25,828 nucleotides of DNA, from NCBI RefSeq assembly GCF_006345805.1, contig NW_021836066.1, forward strand, positions 1-25,828. Reading direction: 5' to 3'. The stretch comes from Octopus sinensis (lineage: Eukaryota). The notes beneath the pieces were generated by a model. The model saw only the letters and a program-made list of their open reading frames with translations, was not told where the DNA came from and ran no database searches. This document shows, piece after piece, positions 1 through 11,243 of the stretch. A program made the translations under genes and the position numbers. Each line of letters starts with the position of its first letter. Within the stretch, counting starts at the first letter, position 1.

Positions 1-601
1 AACATATGGTAAATGTATACGTATATGTAGCCTATTTCTTCATCTTCTAATTTGGATTGTGTGTGTGTGTGTGTGTATGTATCCGTACACATTAACATTA
101 TATACTCACATACGCATTAATATTAATTGGATATCATATTAAACTTGACTCAAACTTACTATTAATGCCAAATATCAGTATATTACACTTTGCAGCAATA
201 GCCTTGCAAAAGAACAATTATAATTAGCTTAAATTCAAATGAATTCTTATGTTACCGAAATCTGTTAAGTTATACCCTCTTGTTCATGCTTAAATGCTTA
301 AAACTAAGTTCACAGAATAGGTTTCAAGACCAGTTTGGATAATTTCATATTTTGAATCACTTGGCTGGCTTTTATTACTTGCCTCTGGTCACAATCATTG
401 CAGGTCTGTTGAACTTGTCCCGAAATGTTTAGTGCTCTTCTCTGATAATTCTTCAGTTCTTGGATAGTTCTTATTTTTATTATAAGCATCATCGATATGA
501 GAAGAGGAATTTTTATTGTTATATGAAAAGGTGACCTCAACATACACTTCACAGAAAAGATTACCGGTAATATATTGTAAATGTTCGTTTGCATGTTTCA
601 C

Positions 602-930
602 AATGTGTGTGTGTGTATGTGCACACGTGTGTGTGTGTATGTGCACACGTGTGTGTGTGCATGTGTGCGAGTGTATGTGCGCACGTGTGCATGTGTGTGT
701 GTGTATGTGCGCACGTGTGCGTGTGTGTGTGCATGTGCGTGTGTGTGTATGAGTGCACGTGTGCGTGTGTGCGTATGTGTGTATGTGCGCACGTGTGTGT
801 GTGTATGTGCGCACGTGTGCACGTGTGTGTGTGTGTATGTGTGTGTGTGTGTGTCTGCTTGTATGTATATGCATGTGTGTATAAGCATGTGCATACATTT
901 GTATATATGCTTATATATCTATATATAGAG
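602..930. repeat. Compound (TG)n/(TA)n simple repeat with recurring gtgtgtatgtgcgcac-like units
   Basis: Directly visible; it produces the Cys/Val and His/Thr ORFs in the track. Confidence 0.95.
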
Positions 931-952
931 TGTGAGTGTGTATCTGTATATG

Positions 953-1255
953 AGGGCACATGGCCCAGTGGGTAGGGAGTTGCACCCAGGATCATAAGAT
1001 CATGGTTTCAATTCCTGTGCCAGGTGTTGTATTATGTCGTGTGAGCAAAAAAACTTCATCTCATGTTGCTCTACCATCACTTCGACACCTGACATGTAGT
1101 GCACTGTTCAGGCAACGTCAATATGATGGCAGGTGTGAGCTTAATGTACAGCACGGACATTTGATCACTTCAAACGAATCACCTGTGCAGGTTTGTTCAG
1201 CTTGAAATTGCTGAACCGTCTTTCTTGGACTATGAGAAACTACCATTGATGCCAT
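953..1255 (+). mobile_element. Diverged tRNA-derived SINE
   Basis: A-box-like TGGCCCAGTGG at 961 and B-box-like GGTTTCAATTC at ~1003; the head resembles the SINEs at 17348 and 17820, but the body differs. Confidence 0.7.
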
Positions 1256-1311
1256 CATATATGTACACACACATGCACACACACACACAGACACACACAC
1301 ATACATTATAT

Positions 1312-1716
1312 TACTCTTTTACTCTTTTACTCTTTTACTTGTTTCAGTCATTTGACTGCGGCCATGCTGGAGCACTGCCTTTAATCGAGCACTCGACCCG
1401 GCACTTATTCTTGTAAGCCCAGTACTTATTCTATCGGTCTCTTTCGCCGAACTACTAAGTAACGGGGACATAAACACACCAGCATCGGTTGTCAAGCATG
1501 CTAGGGGACAAAACACAACACACACATGCATATATATATATATATATATTAACGACGGGCTTCTTTCAGTTTCCATCTACCAAATCCACTCACAAGGCTT
1601 TGGTCGGCCCGAGGCTATAGTAGAAGATACTTGCCCAAGGTGCCACGCAGTGGGACTGAACCCGGAACCATGTGGTTGGTTGACAAGCTACTTACTACAC
1701 AGCCACTCCTGCGCCT
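1312..1716 (-). mobile_element. Composite tRNA/CORE SINE (head + internal TA/TG microsatellite + 3' module), similar to octopus OR-type CORE-SINEs
   Basis: The minus strand begins AGGCGCAGGAGTGGCTGTGTAGT (A box), has GGTTCAGTCCC (B box) and the CORE-like CACCTTGGGCAAGT, and ends in (AAAAGAGT)n. Close copies lie at 2041, 21962 and 23703. Confidence 0.85.
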
Positions 1717-1726
1717 ATATACATAT

Positions 1727-2015
1727 ATATCATCATCATCATCATCATCGTTTAACGGACGTTCTCCATGCTAGCATGGGTTGCATGGTTCAACCGGGGA
1801 TCTGGGAAGCCAGAAGGCTTCACCAGGCTCCAATCTGATCTGGCAGAGTTTCTACAGCTGGTGACCTTCCTAACGCCAACCACTCTGTGAGTGTAGTGGG
1901 TGCTTTTTATGTGCCACCGGCACAGGTGCCAGACGAGGCTGGCATACGGACACGATCGGATTGGTGCTTTTTACTTGCCACCGGCACGGAAGCCAGTCAA
2001 GGTGGCGCTGGTATT
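1727..2015 (-). mobile_element. RTE-type LINE 3' end or RTE-tailed SINE fragment
   Basis: (CAT)n tract followed by cgtttaacggacg...ccttcctaacgccaacc; internal repeat of ggtgctttttaYNtgccaccggcac. Clade assignment is from recall of RTE-like 3' ends. Confidence 0.55.
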
Positions 2016-2040
2016 ATAATATATGAATATATTATATTCA

Positions 2041-2447
2041 TAGGTGCAGGAGTGGCTGTGTGGTAAGTAGCTTGTTTACCAACCACATGGTTCCGATTTC
2101 AGTTCCACTGCATGGCACCTTGGGCAAGTGTCTTCTACTATAGCCTCGGGCTGACCAAAGCCTTGTGAGGTGATTTGGTAGATGGAAACTGAAAGAAGCC
2201 TGTCGTATATATGTATATATATATATATGCATGTGTGGTTTGTGTGTTTGTGTTTGTCCCTAGCATTGCTTGACAACGATGCTGGTGTGTTTTTGTCCCC
2301 GTACTTAGTGGTTCGGCAAAAAGAAGAGACCGATAGAATACTGGGCTTACGAAAGAATAAGTCCTGGGGTCGATTTGCTCGACTAAAGGCAGTGCTCCAG
2401 CATGGCCGCAGTCAAATGACTAAAACAAGTAAAAGAATAAAAGAATA
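2041..2447 (+). mobile_element. Composite tRNA/CORE SINE
   Basis: Same family as 1312-1716 in the opposite orientation; ends aaaagaataaaagaata. Confidence 0.85.
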
Positions 2448-2529
2448 TATATTAGCAGCTAAGCCCGGTTTCACCCGGTCTGTTTGGATGATGTGGCTGT
2501 GATCGTTTGCGATTAGGCATAATCTATAA

Positions 2530-2544
2530 CAGTGTTTCTCAACC
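2530..2544 (+). mobile_element. hAT-like terminal sequence (partner end not found)
   Basis: CAGTGTTTCTCAACC matches common hAT/MITE termini; no reciprocal terminus was seen. Confidence 0.3.
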
Positions 2545-2632
2545 TTATCATTTCGGGTCCCCTGTTTCAATTGGAGCCTCCAACTGAATGAAAATTTCCT
2601 GACCCCCATCCCATCAGAAAACAGCTTCTAAG

Positions 2633-2701
2633 TAACTGGTTGTTTTAATGGCGGAAGAAAGAGTGGAATTCCATTAGAAAAAGTTTTAATCGATTTTCTC
2701 G
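2633..2701 (+). CDS. Candidate internal exon of an unidentified gene (TGCFNGGRKSGIPLEKVLIDFL)
   Basis: Consensus donor CTCG|GTAAGT at 2701/2702 and an open frame phase-compatible with 3787; the acceptor is weak. Confidence 0.2.
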
Positions 2702-3050
2702 GTAAGTGTGGGGGTTAGGGAAAAAAATACAAACCGCATTCCAATCTATGCACCCATCTCCACATGTGTGCCACTTTTCACGTGAATCCACCCAGCCATT
2801 TGACTGTGAACCTCAGGACAAGAAAGAATACAACGATCGCCCATATCCAATTTATATTAAATATATATATGTGTGTGTATATATGTGTATATATATATTT
2901 GTATATATATATATGTATGTATATATATATATATATGTATATATATGTATATATATATGTATATATATGTATATATGTATATATGTATATATATGTATGT
3001 ATATATATATGTATGTATATATATATATATATAATATATATGTATATATA

Positions 3051-3183
3051 TAGACCGATAGAATAAGTACTAGGCTTACAAAGAATAAGTCCTGGGGTCG
3101 ATTTGTTCGACTAAAGGCGGTGCTCCAGCATGGCCGCAGTCAAACAACTGAAACAAATAAACGATAAAAAGAATAAAAGAATA
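3051..3183 (+). mobile_element. 3' module of composite SINE (partial)
   Basis: Matches the 3' part of 2041-2447 (gaccgatagaataagtac...catggccgcagtcaaa); begins directly after a TA array. Confidence 0.8.
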
Positions 3184-3419
3184 TATATATCTTTATATAG
3201 GTTTGACTTCCTCTCTCTCTCTTTTTATCTTTCCATATGTCTATCATTCTGTCTCTCTATCTGTCTATCTATCAGTCTATGCATGTATGTATGTATGTAT
3301 GTATCTATGTATCTATCTATCTGTCTGTATATCTTTAAACACACACAGATAAATGTATATAATAAGAGAGAGAAAGAGGGAGAGAGAAAGAGAAAGAAAG
3401 ATAGATAGACAGATATTGT

Positions 3420-3695
3420 CCATAGGAAGGCAGTGTTGGTAGTGAAGCATCGATCAAAATACCTTGTGGTGTATTTCCTCACATCCCTTTATATACTGAG
3501 TTTAAAGCCGACTAAGGTCAAATTTGCCTGGACTTCTTCTGAGGTTGTTAAATTAAGCAGCAGAGAAAATATGGGCATCAATATAATCAGCTAAAACCCC
3601 TTGGAGGCAGTTTTCCAGAATGACTACACTACAATAGCTGAAAGCACTGAAAAGAATAAAAGGATAAAAGAATAAAAGGATAAAAGAATAAAAGA

Positions 3696-3697
<2 letters not shown>
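3420..3697 (+). mobile_element. Old diverged SINE
   Basis: Degenerate match to the 16495 family (ctgagttt...aggtcaaatttgcc) with an (aaaagaat/aaaaggat)n tail. Confidence 0.5.
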
Positions 3698-3739
<42 letters not shown>

Positions 3740-3786
3740 AAAATATACTTTTAACATTGTTATTTCCATTTATTTCATATTTTCAG

Positions 3787-3844
3787 CAATACTGCATAAA
3801 TATTGTAATGATAATTTTATAAAACCATATTCAAATTTTACCTC
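3787..3844 (+). CDS. Candidate internal exon (ILHKYCNDNFIKPYSNFT)
   Basis: Pyrimidine-rich acceptor tttcatattttcag and donor CCTC|GTAAAA; 58 nt, phase 1 to phase 2. Confidence 0.25.
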
Positions 3845-4322
3845 GTAAAAATATTCAGTATGTTCTTTTTTTATATGCTACTGACATATGTGTTATACAT
3901 ACATACATATATATACATATATACATGTATATATATATATATAAATATGTGTGTGCATATATATATATTATATATATATATAATATATATATATATAAAT
4001 AGTGTATATATATATATATATTAAAAATATGTGTATATATATATAATATGTAAATATGTGTATATATATATATATGTAAATATGTATATATATATATATG
4101 TAAATTTATATTTGTAAATGGAGTTATTTACTTATGTTCCCATCTACAATTAAAGTATGTTTGCATGCGTGATTATGTGTGTATGTATGAGTATGTACAT
4201 ACATATATTTGCATGTTCTGATTGATACATGTGTGTATATGTGTGCATATGTATTTGTATAAATACATCTGTGTACACATATATATGTGTGCATGTATGT
4301 ATGTATATATATATATATATGA

Positions 4323-4356
<34 letters not shown>

Positions 4357-4561
4357 GCATCATCATCATTTAACATTTGTGTTCCATACAGGCATACATA
4401 CATGTTATGTATACACATATGCATATATGAATATGTATATATGCATTAGGCATGAGTGTGTGTGTATACATTTTTCTTTTACTTGTATGTTTGCATTTCT
4501 GTATTAATTTATTACAGATGAAATAAAATTATCAATTTTAGAAACCTTATTTTCTTTTCAG

Positions 4562-4634
4562 GGCTAACATGTTCTGGCATTTCTTGGAACAAAGAATAAA
4601 GAATAATTTGAAAACACCAAAGACTAAAAGATGA
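4562..4634 (+). CDS. Candidate terminal exon (ANMFWHFLEQRIKNNLKTPKTKR*)
   Basis: Strong acceptor ccttattttcttttcag; in frame with 3787-3844; TGA at 4632-4634. Confidence 0.25.
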
Positions 4635-5229
4635 AAGCCAGTGAAAACTGTGTTTGTGAAATTACTGAAGTGAAAACCTTCAAACTATGACAAGCTCATG
4701 TAAGCCTAAAACAACTTCATAAAAGTGTCAAATACTAAATGGAAGTGCTAAGGGAAATTGTGAAAACGCCATAGTGAATCAAATACTGTCCTTTAAACAT
4801 CAAAGCTGTTCATTTTTTTGACATGTTAAGTATGTCAATTAATAATGATGCACGACTCTCAACTATGGAAACAGAATTGGTTTGTGGTCAAATGGTAGAC
4901 TGACAAGCCTACTGCTGGTTTTTCTATATCTGATTTTATTCCATATCATTTATAGCTGGACAGCAGGCCATAAGCCAATCCCTTACTACAAAAGAAAGAG
5001 AGAAAGAAAGAGAGAGAGGGAGAGTGAGAGAGAGAATGAGAGAGAGGAAAAAAATTCAATCAATAATTTTGTAGTAAATTTTGATTAAATGTAGAAATTG
5101 TGCATTTTTTCACTTAATGGAAAAATCAAATACATTTTAAGAGTGATTTTTTTCCTCTCCCTTTCAGTTTTTTTTTAATATTATTTAAAAAAAAAGATTT
5201 TATTATTATTATTACTATTATTATTGTTA

Positions 5230-5243
5230 TTATTTTTCATTGC

Positions 5244-5307
<64 letters not shown>

Positions 5308-5427
5308 TATTATATTCTGTGAAATATTTTGAGTGGAATTGTCTGTCACTGGGAAGTGCATCGAAGAGGAAGAATGAATATTAGAACAATACATAATTTT
5401 GGCTGGAATTAAGTCTTCAAAAGATTG
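5230..5427 (-). CDS. Candidate terminal exon with poly-Asn (QSFEDLIPAKIMYCSN...NNNSNEK*)
   Basis: Strong minus-strand acceptor ttttattttatttttgccttttcag followed by a 65-codon open frame; the poly-N comes from an (ATT)n microsatellite. Confidence 0.2.
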
Positions 5428-6121
5428 CTGAAAAGGCAAAAATAAAATAAAATGAATAAAAAATATAAACATAAACAAAAATCAAAGTAAATCCAAAATC
5501 GGGGAGAAAATATGAAGAAGAAGAAGAAGAAACATAGAAAAGAAGAGAAAGAAATTAAGCTGATTTAATTGAAGATAATGACTTGAGTACGAAGATCTGA
5601 GTACCAAAATTCAAGTACCAAGATTAAAAAGTTTTAAAAAATTCATTAAGCGGCAAAATAAAATGCAGAATTGAACAAAAAAAAGAATGGAAAAAGAAAA
5701 ATAAAAAAAAATAATGAAAAGACAAAAAAAAAACAGTAGAATCTCAAGAAAAATCTTAAGTCACATAATTTTCTTGATGGGCTTAACTTTTAATGAACCA
5801 ATAGAATTTTATATGAAAAGACATTTTTCTGTGTGATAGCAGTAATTATTGGAATAGAATGGCTGAATTTTTGATCACATTTCGTGGAAGAGATGTATAA
5901 ATCCATAAAAACACTAAGCAATGATGAATCTTTTAACCATTTTAGTCGCAAAGAAATTATTCTCTCAAACTACATGGAGTTTCACTCTGCCTCCTGGCTC
6001 TGGCTTATAGGATAATAGGCTTTAATAGCGCTGGTATATATATATATATATATGCAAACACACATTTATATATATATATGTCTGTTTGTATATATCATAA
6101 TTACATATATATGTGCGTCTG

Positions 6122-6159
<38 letters not shown>

Positions 6160-6177
6160 TATCATATATAATCATAT

Positions 6178-6208
<31 letters not shown>

Positions 6209-6789
6209 CATATATATATGTTTGTGTGTGTATATATATATATATGTATATATATAAACATATATGCATGTATATATACACACACATCACACACAGACAC
6301 ACACATATATATACAAACATATATATATGTTTGTGTGTATATATATATATATATATAAACATATATGCATGTATATATACACACACATCACACACAGACA
6401 CACACATATATATGCACACACATACATATATATATATATATTATATACAAACATATATATATATATATATATATACGCACACACACCACATATATACATA
6501 TATATATAAATATGTATACACACACACACATATATTCATACTAATAATAATGATGATAGTAATAAACAATAAAGATGATGATGATCATAATAATAATAAT
6601 AATAATAATATATGTACGATAACATCATAAATAGTAGTAGCAATAGTGTTAGTAGTAGCTGGAGTACTAAAATAATATTAATATCAAATCAGAAATACCT
6701 ATACATAAATTTGCTGTGCGCATATCTGTATGTCTGAGTGTGTGTGTGTGCACAAGAAACAAATTTTATTACAGGTTCTAAATGTGATG

Positions 6790-7020
6790 TATATATATAT
6801 ATATGGTGGATGTCAGTATACCTGGTGGTATTTGGCCAGGTCTCTTTACAATCTGAGTTCAAATCCCACCCAGGTAGATTTGCCTTTCATTTTTCCATGC
6901 TTGATAAAATTGATACCAGTCAAAGTACTGGGCAGATATTTTCAACTATTGCACAGTACAAGGCTGTGCCCCAGCATGGCCAAAGTCTGATGATTAATAC
7001 AACTTAATAAAAGAAGAATT
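6790..7020 (+). mobile_element. Old diverged SINE
   Basis: ctgagttcaaatccc, gcctttcattttt, gataaaattgataccag and cccagcatggcc, as in other SINEs in this window. Confidence 0.6.
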
Positions 7021-8260
7021 TAGATTCTTACTCATACACATAAGTTGAAATGCACATCCATATATACATGTATGTGTATATATATAAGCTTATGTATATA
7101 TGTAAATATATATATACCTATATATGTATATGCATTTATATATATACATACTAGCTTATGTATATATATAGATATATATATGTATATATGTATATATATA
7201 TATATGGTATATATATGTATATATGTATATAATATATATATATATGTACACATATATGTATGTATATGTTTATATATATGCATATATATAAATATATAAA
7301 TGCATACATATATATGTATACACACACACATATATGTATATATATACATATATGCATATGTGCATACACATACACTTACACACGCACATATATAAATATA
7401 TGCATGTATACATATGCTCCCCTAACAACATTGATGTATGATGACTTAATTGAATGACTTACCTTTACCTATACATTGAATTAGTATGTCAAGTGGTTGA
7501 ATATTTTACGGATGTTTACACTTTACATAATACCCATGTAGAATCAGAGCAATTCAAGTGTGACAAGATTGGGCTTCTGAATTACAGGTGAACTTCATTA
7601 CAGGTGAACCTCATTTGATAACATTCTACATAGTTTCCATCCACAAAAATTAACCTACAAATGAATAAAGCACATACATGTAAGAAGATCTAACCATATA
7701 TACCCTGTTGATTAATTTTCAGTAATTTACCTTTTTAGATGATTATTTAATAATTAGTCTAAATAAATCCTATTCTATTCATGAATTTGTGTAAATTCTG
7801 TTTCAGGGGTTTTTTGTGAGATTTTTGTTCCATTGTCAACTAATATAAATTATGAATAGAGAACATGAAAAATTCTAGACATGCAGTAAAACATACAGAG
7901 ATTTAAGTTTATCAGGAAATGTAACCGGCCTGTCATCGAAGTCAAAAAAATTCATAGATATCCTAAGTACATGCAAAAACAAAATAAAAAAAAGAAAGAA
8001 AGAAAAACTAGATATAAGGTTTGAAACTGCCGGAGATGAAGTTTAGAAGATCAGACAGAAGAAGGCTTTAGAATTTTAGTGGTTTAATTATTTACCACTT
8101 GATACAGAAGAACAGATACAAGTTCTGAAAGATCTCGACGTAGAATTATTAAAATTATTGATGTAAAGTTGGATATTATTAAACACTGCATGAATCAAAG
8201 AAAAAGGGGCCACTGCATACATCCACATATTCATACATAAATGCACATATGTATATACAC

Positions 8261-8292
<32 letters not shown>

Positions 8293-8414
8293 ATATATAT
8301 ATACATACACATATATATACACATATACATATATATGTATATATGTACATGTATACACTCTAGAATCAATCAATGAAGAAGTGTGTTCAATGCTACAATA
8401 GGGGATAAATGTTC

Positions 8415-8590
8415 CTTATTTTTGGAGTAACAAGGCAACCGATGGTTTCATGTTAAAAACTCTTAACAATTATTCAAGCAAACCATTTTTTTTGAGACAA
8501 GTACCAATATTCACAAATGGGTTTACTCGAATAAGTGTAGTGATCTTTTCAACATGAAACCATTGGTTTCTTTATTAATCCAGAAATAAA
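8415..8590. mobile_element. Foldback element A; ~75-bp imperfect arms, each with a highly degenerate outward hammerhead-like motif
   Basis: 8415-8488 is the imperfect reverse complement of 8515-8590 (e.g. aaccgatggtttcatgtt vs aacatgaaaccattggtt). Confidence 0.75.
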
Positions 8591-9061
8591 TTTTATACAT
8601 ATATATACATACATATATATAAGCACATATAAATATAAATATACATATATATGTACAAGCATATATACATATATGCATAAACACTTGCACATAAGCACAC
8701 TCGCATATGTATATAAAATATATAAATATGTCTATATACATGTGTATACGTTCATTCTTATGTTAATACATCTGTAAAAAAAAAAAAGAAACATAATTAA
8801 ACATTGTCTGAACAATGGTTTTGCTCAACAGGACACATGCTTTCAATGATATATATATCTATATGTATATATATATATATATATACTGTCACCCAAAATG
8901 CTGACAGAAACCATGATGTAATTTATATGTAACCATTTACATATGAATAAAATAAACATACATCAGAAACTATTCTATTCCTTTTTTTCTTTACAGCAAA
9001 ATAAATAAAAATTTATATGCATGTATAGATGGATATATAATATATATAATATATATATATA

Positions 9062-9211
9062 TATAAACAAACATGAAAACACAAAGAGAAAACACAACAA
9101 CGCCAGGACATGGAACAAGTATTGGACGCTCAGGAAAGGTAAGAAAGAAGGAGGATTTAATGTTTCGAGCGGAGCTCTTCATCAGAAACATAGGAAAGAC
9201 GGAGGAAAAAA

Positions 9212-9215
<4 letters not shown>
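9062..9215 (-). mobile_element. Dispersed repeat family F, Penelope-like pseudo-LTR-type fragment between TA tracts
   Basis: Related copies at 11088-11190 and 15392-15545 share acgctcaggaa; this copy contains a hammerhead motif. Confidence 0.65.
9155..9189 (-). ncRNA. Minimal type I hammerhead ribozyme motif
   Basis: Minus strand reads GUUU CUGAUGA A GAGC ucc GCUC GAAA CAU U AAAU; core intact, 4-bp stems I and II, stem III vestigial. Confidence 0.7.
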
Positions 9216-9242
<27 letters not shown>

Positions 9243-9487
9243 CATACATACATTATAAGAATAAAAATTTTGGGCAGTGAGTTACCAAAGGTTTCATGTC
9301 CACAAACCCAAAGCCTTGTGGGTTGCACATCAGACTATGCAAAGACAAAAGATTTAAACTTTCTATGTCGCGGACAATGAGGAAACACTCAGAAATTGAG
9401 ATTTAAGTCTTAACATATAAAAACGGTAATGAGGACGGGTTGTCACTCCTGAACCAGAGGATAAAGCAACTCTTATAGACCCCAGAA

Positions 9488-9928
9488 AAGCCTAACCAGC
9501 AAACGGGAAGATCCAATTTCTCTGTAGGTAGAGCTTGAAGTGGACACATTTAGAAAAAAAACTAGCCTTACCAGCAAACGGGAAAATCCACTTTTTAAGT
9601 AGGTAGAGCTTGAAGTGGACACATTTAGAAAAAAACTAGCCTTACCAGCAAACGGGAAAATCCACTTTTTCAGTAGGTAGAGCTTGAAGTGGACACATTT
9701 AGAAAAAAACTAGCCTTACCAGCAAACGGGAAAATCCACTTTTTCAGTAGGTAGAGCTTGAAGTGGACACATTTAGAAAAAAACTAGCCTTACCAGCAAC
9801 GGAAAATCCACTTTTTCATTAGTAGAGCTTGAAGTGGACACATTTAGAAAAAAACTAGCCTTACCAGCAAACGGGAAAATCCACTTTTTCAGTAGGTAGA
9901 GCTTGAAGTGGACACATTTTGAAAAAAC
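9488..9928 (+). repeat. Tandem array of six ~74-bp units inside the left arm of element B
   Basis: ctagcc unit starts at 9562, 9636, 9710, 9784 and 9855; the right arm has a single copy at ~10309-10385. Confidence 0.9.
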
Positions 9929-10538
9929 TTCTTTACCACTGTTTAACATGCTGGGTTAAGTAATGTCCTTAAGAATTTTGGCTCTCTCCATGATGCAGAT
10001 TTTGCAACAGCCTCTCTCATTAATATATGGGCCTGGGTGATCAATTATATTCCACTTGATATCACGTGGGGTCCCTTGATCTTGGAGGTGCCACTCATGG
10101 CAGGCCAGGGACATGACGAACCATGTTTCTGGGACTCTGATGGAGGACTGGTGGTTGCGGAAGTGACGTTTGAAAGATGTACTGGTTGATCTGATATATT
10201 TACAAACTTGGGATGGGACTGTATTCGCATTCCTGGTGTAATGGCATCACAGAAAGGGCCAAAATTCTTAAGGACTATACTAAACCTGACACGTTAAATA
10301 GTCATAAAGAAGTTTTTTTCCTAAATGTTTCCACTTCAAGCTCTGACTACTAAAAATATTGGATCTCCCTGATTGCTGGCTATGCATTTTGGGATCTATA
10401 AGGGTTGTTTTATCCTCTGGTTTAAGGTAGACAACCCGTCCTCATTAATGTTTTTTCATGTTAAGGCTTACATCTCGATTTCTGAGTGTTTCCTCACGTC
10501 CACAATATGGAAAGTTTAAATTTTTTGTCTTTGTAAAA

Positions 10539-10595
10539 AGTCTGACGAGCTGACCACAAGGCTTTGGCTTTGAGAATATGAAACCTTTGGTAACT
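10539..10595 (+). ncRNA. Type I hammerhead-like motif, right arm of B (mirror copy at 9279-9336, minus strand)
   Basis: AGU CUGACGA ... GAAA CC uuu GGU A ACU; core, stem III and a 3-bp stem I are present, but the base of stem II pairs poorly. Confidence 0.5.
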
Positions 10596-10860
10596 CTATG
10601 TCAGAAATTAAAATTTCTGTTGTAATAATTACTGCTCTATTCTTTTAAGTGTGCTTCTTTTCTGATATGTATTTTATTGACTATATATACACATATATAT
10701 ATAGTTGAAAAGAAGTTAGGAGTCCATACAAATAAAAAATCATGGTTAAAAAATCTAAAGAAAGTTGGAAAAGCACAAAAGTATAGAATGTTTAATATTT
10801 TTGTTACAATGAGTGATTTATATATATATATATTTATGTATATATATATATATATATTTT

Positions 10861-11044
10861 AGTTTTTATTTTATTTCATCTAGTTTCAGCTCATGAGCTG
10901 TGGCCATGCTAAGGCACCACCATTTGGTGTTGCTACATAATTTTACTTCACGAATGCTTTTTAGCAATTGACATTTGGTACATGAGAGAGTTTGATGCAG
11001 CTGCCCTCATCTGCACCTCCTGCTGTGAAGTTCATTCATCTGGG

Positions 11045-11045
<1 letters not shown>
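10861..11045 (-). mobile_element. Variant SINE 3' module
   Basis: gtttcagctcatgagctgtggccatgctaaggcacc resembles the composite-SINE 3' end. Confidence 0.5.
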
Positions 11046-11087
<42 letters not shown>

Positions 11088-11190
11088 GTTAATCCAAACA
11101 AGAAAACACAGAAAAAAAGAGAAAAAAACACAGCAACGCAGGACGTGGAACAATTAAAGTATTATTGACGCTCAGGAAAGAAGGGAAATA
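11088..11190 (-). mobile_element. Truncated family F copy lacking the hammerhead
   Basis: Matches 9062-9150 and stops in a TA tract before the ribozyme segment. Confidence 0.7.
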
Positions 11191-11243
11191 TATATATATA
11201 TGTACAAACACATGGGTTTTTTTTTCAATTTTTTAATTATTTT

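Larger units (their letters stand above)
9252..10626. mobile_element. Large foldback element B with long imperfect arms, a ~240-nt loop and outward hammerhead-like motifs
   Basis: 9252-~10000 mirrors ~10240-10626 (e.g. gagttaccaaaggtttcat / atgaaacctttggtaactc; gtccttaagaattttggc / gccaaaattcttaaggac). Confidence 0.85.

Noticed and set aside
310-594. 94-aa minus-strand ORF
   Set aside because: No recognisable motif and no convincing splice sites; it cannot be supported from the sequence alone.
4665-4690. CTGAAGTGAAAACCTTCAAAC resembling a hammerhead core
   Set aside because: G12 is missing, there is no stem I or III, and no other copy was seen; likely chance.
8098-8187. Minus-strand exon candidate ([30 protein letters not shown]) splicing to 7897-7963
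   Set aside because: The phases do not join without a stop, and the hydrophobic composition is what the antisense of an E/K/D-rich frame gives.
8402-8557. 51-codon plus-strand frame GINVPYFWSNKATDGFMLK...
   Set aside because: The same peptide appears on the minus strand because it is the inverted repeat of element A.
9488-9928. CRISPR-like regular array
   Set aside because: The units are contiguous near-identical repeats with no unique spacers, no cas genes are present, and the context is eukaryotic.
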